Part shown: in pieces, positions 18,442 to 31,872 of the stretch
Position numbering within the stretch: the stretch's first letter is position 1
Layout: every line of letters starts with the position of its first letter
NCBI GenBank assembly: GCA_030141605.1
Contig: JAQGDQ010000033.1
Span: 861,214 to 925,213 of the forward strand
DNA: 64,000 nucleotides
From: Tubiluchus corallicola
Lineage: Eukaryota; Animalia; Priapulida
Direction: 5' to 3'
The notes under the pieces: model-generated
What the model saw: only the letters and a program-made list of their open reading frames with translations
What the model was told of the DNA's origin: nothing
Databases searched by the model: none
Position numbers and translations under genes: made by a program

Positions 18442-21400
18442 ATGGTGATGAGTAACATAAACGAACTTTGCTACGACTGTTCCGATTTCGCTCTAAAAGA
18501 AAAGGGCTGGCGCAGACGATTTGCTGAATTTTTCACTCGTTCGAGTTCTAGCGATGGTTATTGTGTGTGCACATCATACAGCGTTACTGAATTAAGTCAC
18601 AAGTATTTTCAAACTGAAAAAGAAGATAGTATAAAACTATCTAGTGATACTGATAGTGATTACTCTAATAGTAGCTGCGTAAGTTGGTTAGTTATATTAC
18701 CTACCTGCGTGTTTACTTTAGCAGATAAGCACAGCTTTTTGGATTAGGCACGTATTCTGTATCACCATTAGCAGGATACCCTTTATTTTAATTAAATGGT
18801 TATTTTTGTAAACACGTATTTTACTTTATCAAGTCAACCGCTGTCAAGTTAATATATGCGGTTTTGACACACATAATACATGTTCTGCTTTTCTGCACAC
18901 AAAACAACGTCTTGAACAAACAAGAATTTGCAAGTCTGAATGAATTCAGATCCAAATAAGGGAGTGTAATGCCGTAACCGTGTTTACACCTGACTGTACC
19001 TAGTCGAGTGTGGCTAACTCATGTCTGCACTGTAGATTATTACGTTAAGTGTAACTAACCAGTGTGATGGTGCTTGTGACTAATTAGTTAAGTAATTATC
19101 ATTTTACTGTACCTAGTTCAATGCGATTTACTCATGCGTGAATAGCCTTTTTGCCCCAATTCACTGTCCGGTGTCCTTGACGTTTTGACAGGAGGGGCTG
19201 TTCACCATGCCACTTTCAAGGCTCTACTCTAGGCAGGGGCGTAGCCTGGATTGGTTCTAAGTTAGTAGGAGCAGGCAAGTAGGCCTACTATTAGACAATC
19301 GTGTGGCAAGAATATGTCTGTATGTATTTATTGACCAACAAAATTATAATAAGATTACAAATTACAGGGAAGATGTAAGACGTTAGTCAACAACAAGGTA
19401 TATTCCTTACTGCTACATCAGTGACGTCACTTAAATACAAATTGGGTGCATGTTAAAAAAGCTTTTAGCAAAATTAAATGCAAGTAGTATTATGGGCAGC
19501 ACTTTTGAACAACAGTAATGCAAAATAATTTCTTTATGTCTAACTATACGTGTACATTCAGGGAAATAATAACAAACCTTTGTGCACTTATTCCACTTGT
19601 TTAGCGGTATTATTATGTGCAAATATTGACGATGATGTGTCTATGTCAGAATATCTAGGTAGCTGTCTAAGACGAGCGGTTATAGGACACAACACAAAAG
19701 TACATGCTTCTCGTCTTGTCCTTAGCAGTATTATATATAATATAATATTGAACTGATGGTGGCTCCTCGCCACCCGGGAGTGGTTCGGGTCTGCAGGTAC
19801 GGAGGCGGAGCAGCCTAATAATGGTTTCCACATAACCACAATTAAACAAAGCTGAATTAAATAACGCTGACCATTTAACTAGAGAGAGATTTAAATATTA
19901 CACGGCCTAAACTAATTGTGACAAGATTTTAAACAAATTAGAGAAAAACAGAAAAAAGAAATAAAGTGGAGAGACTGATACCTAACTTGCCATATAGCGC
20001 GTAATAGGAGAGCTCTACGTCTGATGGAAGAAACACAAGCACAAGAACTACCGACTCTGCACAACCCGATTACCACTGCAGCTCCGAAGTACGGCAGGTT
20101 GTCACCATCCCTTTATAACCTTCCTCAAACTAGTGTACATGTCAGAGATAGAGCCAAAATGAAACCGGATTGGTTGAAAGCAAAAAGGTGTGAAGATTTA
20201 GCCAATAAGAACCGAAATATTTGTAGAAGAATAATTTAGAAGACTTAGGTTTGAACTACTGGTACATTTAGGTGTGACATGTAACACTAGTTTGGTAACC
20301 ATACTATACTTTGGAATGAAGGTATAGGTTGTGCAGGGTGGGCCGCCCAAGCACCTGCGCTACAATAACATTAATTTTGTACTATATACATAATACATTG
20401 TTATACTATATTGTAACAATTAGATTTGGTGTAATTTGATCCTTGGTTCAATCAGTCAACCTTGACAAATGAATTACGCAAATGCACGCTCATTTGATAC
20501 ACAGGATGCAGGTTGGTCGATTAAAGTAATGACTCCAAAGAATCCTTCCAAAGCCTTGTGATTAAAAAAGTAAAAAAGATTCAACTTTTATTTGCACAAG
20601 TGAACTAAAGTGTTAAAAAATGTTGAGAAGGCGTCAATTTTGAAAATGTACTCGGGGGGGGGGGGCGAGGACGGTTTCCCCTTGTTCTCTTATTAGCTAC
20701 GCCAGTAACCCTGGGTGTCTGCCTTTGCGAATTTCGTTTGTCCTGCCCACTGCGCTTGCGAATTAAAAGTTGGTGGCCTAATTTTTACATTTTTGGTTCC
20801 TGTCTCGGGCTCTTAAATAATCTCATCGAAGTTCCGTAAATCCCCAGGTGTACACCTATTCCACCTATTTATCCTGTCTAAATACCTGTCTGTTTTAAAA
20901 TTCGTGACTCTAGCTGAGTTGAGAGACAAAGACGTTTGCTCTAATTTCCAATTTTGATTTCTGTCTCAGACCTTTCAGCATTCAAATTCAAACTAGATTT
21001 ATTAGAACCAACACAAAATAGATAAACTGTTACGTATAACACAGTGTTTGTGTTTGTCAATTCATGTTGCTAAAATAAGCAACATTAAATCATGTGTGTT
21101 TTCGGGGAGACCAAGGTAGCCGCAACTTATAGGGCTACAGAGAGAGCAATGTTATAATTATTAAGAATATATTAAGAATTACGGCAATTTTTGACTGGAT
21201 TTTGTAAACATTTAACGTTTGCGGTTAGCAAGTTAGTAAGTTAGTACAGCAAGTGGAGAGCAAGCGTAATTTTCATTTTTAATATTTTTTTTGTTCCAAG
21301 GACATTGCACCACTTTTTATAATATCCATTTTATACTAACTGCTAATGATGGGGATTTATATGTGATAGACATCCATGATTGGGTGCGCAATAATAAGTC

Positions 21401-21593
21401 TACTGAATCAGATCCTGTTCAAGGTTTGCCATGCAATAGTTATGGGATGGTATCTGAAGTGTAAGCGCTGAGTTCGGTGGCAGAGTGATTTAGATTTATG
21501 GTTGCAGCCTTCAGCTCGAGACTAACGGCTGAGGAAGGGGAGAGAGAAAAAAAGAGAGAGGGAGCAAGAAAGATAGGGAGAGAGGGTTAGAGT

Positions 21594-21634
<41 letters not shown>

Positions 21635-22026
21635 AAGATTTTAAGACAGAATTCAGACAGAAGACGGGGGGGGGTTGCGTGTAAGTGAATTGCTGAACCG
21701 CCAAAGGAGTCTTAGCCACATCGGATGTACACACATCTTCTGTCATCAATTCAACTCATCATTTCATTGAACAGCCTCCAATTGCTTAACTTTGATCGCT
21801 AAGCACACAATGTGACCACTCCGCTAATCTCACGCGTAAAAATACTAGGAACTTTTCATTACGTTCAGTTCCCATCCCACACATGAAACGTAAGGAAAGC
21901 AGTATAAGCAAATTATTCATGGATTTCTACTGCTACTGTAAGAGGATTCACTTAGAGACAATGTTTCTAAATAGACTAATCTAGTTAAAGTCTTTTCATT
22001 TCTGTGAACAGGAGCGATATGAATAA
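18442..22026 (+). CDS. Candidate small Cys/Ser-rich orphan gene (about 129 aa)
   Basis: Exon 18442-18678 (MVMSNINELCYDC...DSDYSNSSC, consensus donor gtaagt), exon 19562-19699 (GNNNKPLCTYSTCLAVLLCANIDDD...IGHNTK), putative terminal exon 22012-22026 (ERYE*). Junctions are phase 0; the last two are weaker. Confidence 0.35.
21530..21630. repeat. Purine-rich / (GA)n microsatellite
   Basis: Directly visible; pure (GA)n from about 21596. Confidence 0.9.
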
Positions 22027-22273
22027 TGTATATGTTCACGGGCGAGCACTGGAATATGTGAAGCATTTACTCTTCATTAATGCTGCATATCTTTCCCAAA
22101 TTACGCTGAAGCTCTGTAGATCTGAAAAATGCAACTTTTTAAAATCATCGTCGTTGCAGTCGTTATTGCGGTCGTCTACATCTGTATTCATAATAATCAT
22201 CGTTGTTGTTATTAGCATCACAATTGCGTTCTCAAGACCGTCACTAGGATCTATATCTTGTTCCTCCTCGTTG

Positions 22274-22330
22274 TCATCATAAACACCATCATCATCATCG
22301 TCGTCGTCGTCATTACCACCATCATCACCA
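22274..22330. repeat. (CAT/CGT)n trinucleotide tract
   Basis: Directly visible; source of the poly-D ORF 22036-22350. Confidence 0.85.
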
Positions 22331-22549
22331 TTTGCTACTAAAACATTCAAATTTGAAAGTTACAGCTAAGTGTCTTTACAATTGATTGTGTTATAAGGAA
22401 GTAATTATAAAAGTGTTAAAGTAGTAAAATACAAGTTTCCGCCCATGCACCAATTATAATATGTTCTGTGAGTTTGTTTAACAATTTGCGGTAACATACC
22501 TATTAATTTGCGGTACCTTTGTTTCTGAACGTATATGTCTGACGGTGTC

Positions 22550-22641
22550 TGATCAATACAGCCAGGTAACTATTTACCGTGCATAGGGAATTTTAATGAA
22601 ACTGATGTTACCACTCGCCGCTTGGCAACCGTGCATTTCTC
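22550..22641 (+). promoter_or_regulatory. Conserved upstream cis-module of paralog A (RFX half-sites, forkhead site)
   Basis: TGATCAATACA, TATTTACC and CTGATGTTACCAC-N6-CTTGGCAACC-N3-CATTTCTC recur at 31763-31872, at almost the same distance from the paralog B ATG (466 vs 471 bp). Confidence 0.6.
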
Positions 22642-23067
22642 ACAGATGCATAATAATAATTCATTAGCTACTGCACATTCTTTCCTGGAGCTTTACTCTT
22701 TTTCTGTGGTAATGATTTGGCAGCAAAGTAACGTGATCTTCCAAATGCGTGGTGCATTTCATTATACGTGCTTACAAATTTCTGTTATGAATTGCCTTTT
22801 TGTTAAAATAATGATTTTCGCAATTGGCTTTGGTGAGAAAAACCATAATATAAATCATGAAGCCAGACACATTAAAATCGCATAAGTGAGCTCCCAACGA
22901 CCAAAATGTTTGCGAAAAACGATTACTAAATTCTAACAATTTTATAAAATTATTCTACATCTAAAGCATGAGCTGTCACAGTGCAATGATTTTGTAAGAT
23001 GCTTTGGAAACACGTTCTATATAAGGAGTCTTTCGCGTCAAAATCGTGAGCTATTGTTAACCTCACG

Positions 23068-26000
23068 ATGCAGGAAAATAAACTGAGAGGTGGAAGACCT
23101 TATTCTCAGAAAGAATCGTCGCAATCGAAAAGGGAGGCATCAAAACTGAAACACACGAAGGTTGCGAAGTTAGGAAAGGATTCCAGATTGAAAAAGGTGA
23201 AAGAAAGATGGGAAGATATTCAGTATATACATGTAAGGTTTTCGCGGATTCAGCGCGTATATATAGACCTGGGTTTACAAACTAACTGAAACAATTAGAC
23301 ATGGTATTGTATAGTTCTGTGTATCGCCAAATTTTGTTAATAAAAGATACAACTACCGGAAAATGGCATAACATATAGGAAAATTCCTCCTAAATAGCAG
23401 AACTATAAAATTCTAAGCTTAAGTGATCAAGTTTAGGATTTGTGGCTGCCATTGACCGGTTTCGGTCGAAATATAGTGTTCTAGTTTAGCAGTATGTCAA
23501 ACAAACTGTACTGACTCAGACCTTATTCTAATTCAGGAGCCCATCTAAATAATTGTTACTGTAAGCAATAAATTGTTAATGATCATCAAGTATAGTACGG
23601 GACATGTCGTATAACTCGTACATAATTATAAAACATGTGTTAACATATCCTATTATATTGATCATACTGTCTCAACGTGCAGTGATTTCGATATTATTTT
23701 TGGCAGGTATCCCCAGAATTAGACGACACTGCAGACAATGTAGATGAAAAGGCGCTATCTGAAATTGCAACTAGTGTAGCATCAAAGACTACGATAACAA
23801 CGCCTCTATCAGATGAAGAAGACACAAACAGTGGCAACCAGAGTGCTAGCAATGTACTGGTCAGTGCCAGCAGCTCTAGTAGCGCTAGCTCTAGTCAAGA
23901 AAAGTCTCCAGTGGACAAGCTCTTTCTTTTTGACTTCTTTGAGGAACCTGAAATGAATCCTGAAAATGACGGTATTTTTAAAATAGTTTTTCCTCACAAA
24001 TGTGTATCTTGGAATCTATATTATAAAGAAATAAAAAAAATCGAGAAATGAGATAGATGAGATTTTATAAGTATTTTATAGTGTAGAGACTATAGCTGAA
24101 GCTCCTTACAATCATGTTCGTTTAACTGAGGTAATACTGTAAACGTTGACCATTATTGTACTTTCGGGCTTATTGGCGGCCTAGGCGCATTATTCCCACA
24201 AGCATTGAGTCCATGGTTTTTATGCTACATCACGAATCTAATCAATGGCTCAAAAACCATAACAGTACATTTGTTCTGTACTTATGACGCAAAATATTGA
24301 TCAATGCTTTTAATTAATGGGCTGCCAACAAGTTGTAAATAGATAATTTAGCATATGCTTGTATCATAATTATCTTGTATGTATAACGATAATATATACA
24401 CGTTATTAAACACATTACTAAACTTGGTTGCCTGAATTTGTAAGCTATAAATTACCATATCGTATCAATATTATGTGTTTCAGAAGAAGCAGACGACACA
24501 TTCCAAGATAACTTCAAACGAGCTGCTAATTTTGTTAAACAAAACAAGAACTTCGAAGAAGGAATGTTACTACGGAATATCACAGACGATGGTAAAATTA
24601 TTAAAAGAAAAAAATAACGCAATCGCTTGAAAATGATCACATCGACATTGCAAACCATTTTTTGATTATGCATAAGCATCAAAAATTGGCTTAGAAGTTT
24701 CAAATCTACAAACCAAAAAATAGATAAATTCGTATGTTACTATTGTTAAAATTTATTGCGAGTACTCTTATGTGTTCGCCATTTTCATTGCAAACTAGAT
24801 GAAAGCGTTTCTTCAAACAGCTGATACAGTTTCTTCTGTAACATGTACTCCTTTAACGGATATCTGATCCCAGCATTTTTTGACGACCATGATGTAAACT
24901 GATTGATTTCGTTCTTGTTTTGCTGCCATGTATTGAATATTTTATATGTCAACGGTGGCTGTTTTCCAATAATGATTAGCTGATATTGTTCCAGCATTTA
25001 AATTTTTAAGGGCCACTAAAGCTATATATTTCTAATTTTATCAGCCAAAAGCTAATGTGTTGTAATGTTGAAGTATGAAATTCCAACTTTGTAGGCAATT
25101 ACTTCTAATCTAGTTTTTCGTTGATAAGACTGCCAGAGTTAGGTGTAATCGCATATATGTCATGGTCATTCACGTTCATTTGAATGAGTTGCTGTCGTTA
25201 TTGCATCGCCACTAAGGCGAATTAAGTAAGACAAACTCAGAAGGTTATATTACGTGACAGAACATAGGTGGGTCTAACAATAAGTAATGATAGGTAGGTG
25301 ATTTGACTTGGACAAGGTAACTGGCACTGCTTCCACATTACTCCTCTTTAGGTTTAACTGGTGTTAGTTTGAGAAAAAGTTTCAGAAATTTAACATTGTA
25401 TCTGAATGGATAGAATCATTGACAAATAGCTATGCTGAAATAATGTGCGAATATACAGTCAGAACAAAGCTAACTCAACTATTTTTTCGTTGTTTGCATT
25501 CTTTGAGACACAATGGATATCGTCTCTTTAACACAAGTCGCAGGGTGGCGGTACTTTACCGGTAGGGACGAGCTCATCTAGATCAAAATGCTTTGCATAG
25601 CCAAAAAATGCCTGATATCCAAATGACTCCATATCCACAAGCATCTGTAGAGATTACGAAGATGACCCATATGGCTTAAAACCAAATTCATTTTTCAGAT
25701 GTTTGTTTCATTGTTTTTGTTTGTTTGTTGCTCATATGTTACTTGTTTGTTCGTTCATTTATTTGGTCACTTGTTCATTCATTCTTCCCTTTGCTTCTTC
25801 GTTTCTTTGATTATTTACCTAGTTGTTGTTTTTTTGTTTATTCGTTTTCACTTATCTATTGACGTTCGTTCGTTCGTTCGTTCATTGATTCATTTATTTA
25901 TTTGTTCATTTGTTCATTTAAGCACTCATCGTTCACTTATTCATTTGTTCATTCAGGCATTCGTGTATTTCTATATTCTGTATATTGAAATATTGAAAAA

Positions 26001-28562
26001 AAATCCGAGAAGTTGCTGATTTCTTTTGCTTCAAGATTCATAGTTGATTTTTTAGATATGCTTAATTGACTTTGAGGTATTTTAGCATTCGTTTTGCGAT
26101 AAATTTGAGCATTTTTTTCATACTGAACATGTTTTCGTGTTTTTGGTTTTAGGGTTATATACATATATGCATTACGCAGTATTTAGTGCGAAGACTCAAG
26201 ATATAGTAAAACTTTCAAAAGAAGTCAAATCGTTTTATACTGACACTGTGAAGAACTGTTTTGGTAAATCACAAAAGCATTTATCAGGTAAGTTACGTAT
26301 ATACTTAGCGGCTTAATCACATAATGGAAAGAAATTTGACACAGAACCAGTCTGAGAATGAATTGTCATCCGAAGTACTACCATTTTGCAATTTAAACAA
26401 TCCATAAGGCAGTAATTAAACTACTTAATTTGCTGCACGCAAAATCTATTAAGTTTTTAGAAGATGAAGGCTTAAAAGTACGAGCTTTTTTAATTTTGTT
26501 CAAAGTATTTAGTGTGGTATTTGGGCAGTCAAGCCTCCTTCATTTGCAAAAAAATTCTGGCCAGTATAAAACGATTTATGCAGTTTGTCTTTGTAACAAA
26601 AATAAAATACGTTTTTGATATAAAATTTGAAAGACAGGAAATACAAAAAAGTTAGAATGGAGCCTGAATTTTAATACGAACCTTGCACTGCAGACGACTT
26701 AGTGTACTAGGACACCACATTCCTCAGTTAAGGTAGTTCAGTGTTCATCTTTTATGCTGGCTAACCAATTTCAGCATTTCCAATGTCAAATCGCTCACAG
26801 TACAGTGATTCTAATTAATTATATTATCTTTTATTATTTTTTTAATTAATTAATTATAATCTTAATTATTCTTAATCCTATCTTTCAAGTTTTGTATTAA
26901 AATTAATCAATTGTGGGTTTGTAACATCATTAATAATAATTTTGACATCACTATTATAATGATAGCATTGGTTACTGTTTCAATAAGTTGCGGCTCCGTG
27001 ATTTATTATAAGCTCTTATTAGGTACGTTTGTCGAACTGGCATCAACTGCAGCACCGCAGGTGGCTAAAGAATCAAGAAAACCGACCAATCAGACGACTG
27101 CATTCCTTGTAGCAGCTTACAAACTTCTGCCCGAAGCTGATCTTGAAATTATGGACAAAACCTGGGCTGTTTGGAGTGGCGCTAGGACAATGTACAAAAA
27201 TATGCCAAAAAATATGGGTGAGCTATCATCACCAACAATTATTTGCGTTGTCTGTAGACATGTAAATATTATAATATATAATGATAAAGTGGTACTTATT
27301 CTAGGATTCTTGACAATATAATATTCTTAGACGGAAATATGAATTGTTTGCATTGAATAAGTGCATTATATTTCTGTTGTCTTTTTAATCAGTCCTTGAT
27401 TTAGTTTGAGCAATGACACATAAAATGCTGCACTGTCTGCCCTAAATCAAACATTTTAGGAAAAACATGCATTCTCTTTGGAATCCCGTGGATAGAATAG
27501 TCTGAAACACTAAAAAAACCAAATAAAGTGTTTGTGACAGTATATTTATTTTTTCAACTGATTAAACAAACTGTAAGTGACTGGCCTACTACATGGCTAA
27601 CCATTGTATACATTGATTAATTTGCGATTTGTAGTTTCATTGACTGACCGACGAGTGGACACTTCAGCATTTAGCACCTGAATAACTAGTTGATAAGTTG
27701 ATTTCATTGATTAATTTGCATGTTCATCGATTAATCAACATTTGTTTGGACTGATTTGTTTATTTGCTGATTGACTAGTTAGTTGGTCAACTGAGCAGCC
27801 AAATCATGTGTTTTTCAGAATACCAGCTAATTTAAATATTTCAACTTTGATCAGTTAACAGATTGCCATATGTTTCATTTTGGTTGAAAACTTTAGCAGG
27901 TCGTTCAAAAGACAGTAATGTGTTAAGTCATCCAACACTTCCAGCTCTTTTTGACCTGCTTTTTCATTTTTTTGAAATACCTGGAATATAATTGGGAATT
28001 ACAACTACAGTTTACATTTCTAGTATGCAAAAAATCGTGTCATGGATTGCCAACAAGAATCAAAGCCCAATAAAAACGTTTAGTGAATGTTTTTTAGCAT
28101 TTTATAATGTTGTTTGTTGGCAGTTGGGTCGTCTATCGTCCTAAGTACGTTAATTTTTCTAGACAAGAATTTTTCTAATAGAATTTTCTTACTAGCATTA
28201 TTTCAAAAGGACAGTGATAGGTTCACAAAAATGTTTTATTTTGAAAAAAATCTTTCTTTTTTTGCTACTGTATGATATCTGCAAGTAGTAAAGGTCTTGG
28301 CTAAATTTTGTTAGCAGACCTACAGTAATAACTAAAACACTTTATCATTTGTTTTTTTTCAGGTTTGAAGAGACTAAGTTTCCACAAATCAGCTATAGAA
28401 AAAGTGCGAGGAAAATATGGCTTTAACTATGCCTTAGTAGCCGAATGTTCCAATGTTCTGTCTTCAGAGGTTGTGCTAACGCCAGCTTTGAGATATATAG
28501 ATGAACTAAAGGCTAGAAAGTGTGGAGATATTGGACTGTATGCATTATTACAGACATATTAA
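23068..28562 (+). CDS. Uncharacterised protein, tandem paralog A (343 aa; DUF7153-like C-terminal domain)
   Basis: Exons 23068-23196, 23707-23971, 24484-24591, 26153-26287, 27023-27217, 28363-28562, all GT-AG with an open frame throughout. Each exon is matched by paralog B. Motifs MDKTWxxWSGA..Y, LKRLSFHK, FNYALxxEC and ALRYxDELK..CGDIGLY recall invertebrate DUF7153 proteins (from memory, not searched). Confidence 0.85.
25700..25955. repeat. Degenerate (TTCA/TTCG/TTTG)n tetranucleotide tract in paralog A intron 3
   Basis: Directly visible; explains ORF 25699-26019. Confidence 0.8.
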
Positions 28563-30715
28563 AATAAGTAGAGCTGTAGGTCTAATAGCTTCTGTTGTGT
28601 AATTAAGGAAAAATATTGACAACGGACTAATGGCATTTTTATGTCAATTTGCCTATATTTGACATATTTGGTCAGAAGAGAAGTATCTTTTCATCTTGTT
28701 GACACCTACATAGTTCAAACATATTGTTAATCTATACTCATGGCCTGAAGAAGATTACATTTGTGGTTTTTCTTTGTGTCTTTGATTAAAGTATGTGCTT
28801 AGTTTAATTATTACTATTGACTATTCTGGTAAATTAAGTACGTGTGGGTACATTATGCTATGAACGAAAACCAAAAATGAAAAAGGACACAAAATATTGT
28901 AATACACGAAGACATTGCAAAAGGAAGTTGAGGGTTTCATACAGACGGGGTATTCAGTATGCAAACTGTGCCGCGGTTGTTGTGCAACTTGGCATAGTTT
29001 TTAATGTATGCACATTGAGCCTTAAATTGGTACAATCAATAATCAGATTCTCCAGCACTTGTTGCACACATTTATTGGGCTACTTTTGAAGGAATCAGTC
29101 AGAGGCACATTGTTTTTAACTGATGCTCTTGGAACTACTGCAAGGTGTGCTCGAAAGCCATTGAACTTGTTACTAGTTTCACTGGGCTCCTGATTCGGTC
29201 ATTCTCACTTTCACGAAGTGACTATCCACAAAGTTACAGGAAATGACAGGATTTCAAAACCTTCAAACAAACTAAGAATATACTGAATACTCGCGAGATG
29301 ACACATTTTGGCAGGCTACGATGTATTAAATTTTTCTCTGCAATCATTTGTTTTTTGTGTCATGGTGTCATCCTGACAAAATGTCTGTGTATCATGCATA
29401 CAACCTTGGACCCTATAGATGATAAATATAGGTACGATGAAGAACAGAAATAATTTGAGGTGACCACATGAAACTTTATAATTTCAAATATCCTCATGTG
29501 GGTACTATAATTAGGATGTGATCCAAAAACAATTATAACGTCTATGAATTTCTGGCATTTATTAGTATTTTAAGTCAGATCCACATGCATATTTCAATTA
29601 TCATTGGTACTCATTTGCATGCAAAATAACACTTATCTCCAAGAAGTTAAAAGTAGTTTTCAAATGTAACAGACTTAATTCAAGCTTTCTTTATAATTAA
29701 AACTTTTGTAATTAACGAGGAGTTGACTCCTGATGTACGAATTAAAATTACAAAGGTCTTGCGTTTTGCTAGAATTTGAAAGATTGGCTAATTTGGCTTA
29801 GCAGTCTGGAGTACTGATCAATGGGGCATCTACTCGCAATTTCGAGATTTTTATTGCTTATTATAAAGCTTGTGTATGATGACAACGGTCAAGTAAATGC
29901 AAGCTTCAAATCCTTGTTATTTGCAGATACATATAAAAATTCACGTTGCTATTGTCTATAACTATGGTGCGTTTTATATTAATATTGATTTAAGTAAAAT
30001 TCTATTAAGACTTTTAATTGAGTTTTTTGTATTCGATTTGCATAGTGAATTTTGCACAGGGCTTGACATTTGGACGAACAAAGGCCCTAGATTATTCCAC
30101 TTGAGAGGCCTCCCAATCCACCACCCTCAGTCACGACTGGAAGAGTACTTTTAAAACAAAATTTAGTAAAGCTGAGGATGGTGTTAACAATTTCGAAGTT
30201 CACAGTATATTGCTGAATACTGTGGTGGATAAAAAGTGAAATACCAATCTGTTTATTCCGTCATTAATAATAATCTCCAAGGAAGTTTCAGGTTTGAAAT
30301 TAATCAAAAATATAATCTAAATAAGGTACGATCACTTTAATGGGAGCCAGCTGATATAACACTGGAAATGCTGAATTTTTTTAACCAGCTATAAGGGATG
30401 AAGTTTGGACTACCTTAGTCAGTAGTAGTCGAAGGCTTTTGCCTTGTAAACAGAAGGGACTTCTTACAAATCCAGGCTGCATTGACATTTTCTCATCAAT
30501 TACGGATTTGTCCCATCAAAAAAGGTTGCCTCATCGCCATGACTGTCAGGTTTACAGACTCCAGGTTGCCAGTATACTCCACTAAAGTGAATCACTTTAG
30601 TAGAAAAGTTCCACTGGTAAGATGGTTCATGCTAGCTTCTCAAAATCTGTCAACATGCTTGGCCGTTCTTCAGGATGCAGAGCATATTTTTGAAAGATGA
30701 TTATGAGGTTTGTAC

Positions 30716-30935
30716 CCGATGGCATAGCTCAATGGTAGTGTGCTCGCTTACCAACTGGGATGTCTAGGCTGAGTCATACCAAAGACTTGAAAAGGTACCG
30801 CTGGTCCTTCGACGAAGCATGTGGGTTTATCGAAGTAACTTGCAGGTTATAATAACCAGGACCACCTTGGAATTAAGTATTGAGTTGCTTAACGTGTTAT
30901 CCTTGGACTATGTCCCAAGGGAAATTATTATTTTT
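30716..30935 (+). mobile_element. tRNA-derived SINE with MetaSINE-like central domain (B-box deleted)
   Basis: A-box TAGCTCAATGG at 30725-30735, core GTCATACCAAAGACTTGAAAAGGTAC from 30773, and an (ATT)-type tail near 30925. Confidence 0.6.
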
Positions 30936-30944
30936 AGTAGTGTA

Positions 30945-31100
30945 GCAAACTACTTCGAGCAGAATCAACGAAGAGTGCTAACTTGAGTGACTATCGCTCA
31001 GTGACACGCTCTCGATGTCAGCTGCTACTGTGAAGTTGTGAACTCGTGACTACGGAAATGCAGTACAACAGGAATCAAACCGCGGCCTTGTGTGCAGGCA
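30945..31100 (-). mobile_element. Possible second SINE remnant
   Basis: Minus-strand B-box-like GGTTTGATTCCT at 31070-31081 within a higher-GC patch. Confidence 0.3.
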
Positions 31101-31418
31101 ACGGTTCATCCTACGTCCGTTCCAGAAAAATGGTGCCGTCTATCTTGCTGAATGTTCCGCAAGCTGACATTGAAACTATCTATGGTAGGTTCTTGTTCGT
31201 AATCCTGCTGTTGCGACCATAACATCAAGCGACCTTCAGGCAAGTCAAGAGCAACTTGGATATCAAGAATGAATAAAGATCTACAGCACCTAAGAGCAGT
31301 GCCATAGTAGGTGAAAACTTTGGCTGCAGACAGGAAACAGTGGAGTGCTCTAGTAAAAAATAGAGCCCTCGCTATCTGCAATAGATGTGTAGAGCAGCAG
31401 CAGCAGAAGAAGAAGATT
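31100..31418 (+). mobile_element. RTE-clade LINE 3' fragment
   Basis: Plus frame reads KRPSGKSRATWISRMNKDL...**VKTLAADRKQWSALV, the RTE C-terminal KRxxGRPRxTW...DRxxW signature with stops, followed by a (GCA)n(AGA)n tail. Confidence 0.7.
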
Positions 31419-31762
31419 ATTTTTATGATTCTGGTAAATTTAAGTTAAATCTGTACAAAATATAATTTAGAGCTAATATTAAAAAAATGGCAAACGGAAA
31501 GAGCTTGCAAAATTGTAATATCTTAAATTTAAAGTAGGAAATCACATTTTGTGGCAAGAAATGGCATTTTGTGCTTTAGAGAGCAAACTTCTTTTCTAAA
31601 AGGTGTGACTTTTGAGCTTGCTTCTTGGCTTGATCCGCAGTAGGTCTGTGCTTCTCCGCGCTTGTTCCACTGTTGAGCTCCGTCGCTCTGGCTAAGAAAG
31701 ATATGATTAAACATATGAGACCACCTAAACGTCGTCAACGAAATATTGGATGTGTATAATGG

Positions 31763-31872
31763 TTGATCAATACAATCTCTTGGTCAGATAATTATTTACC
31801 AGGCAGCCATTGTATTTCTTTCTTAAACTTCGCTGATGTTACCACACATAACTTGGCAACCATACATTTCTC
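31763..31872 (+). promoter_or_regulatory. Conserved upstream cis-module of paralog B
   Basis: Same motifs and order as 22550-22641, with the N6 and N3 spacer lengths kept although the spacer bases differ. Confidence 0.6.

Noticed and set aside
19755-19830. HDV-like ribozyme (CTCCTCG loop, CTAA junction) in a GC-rich patch
   Set aside because: P1 and P2 partner strands could not be placed in the required order; only a simple ggtggc/gccacc hairpin is supported.
22004-22350. Poly-Asp / poly-Ser ORFs
   Set aside because: Derived from (CAT/CGT)n trinucleotide tracts.
25699-26019. Hydrophobic 106-aa ORF resembling a membrane protein
   Set aside because: Translation of a degenerate tetranucleotide repeat within paralog A intron 3.
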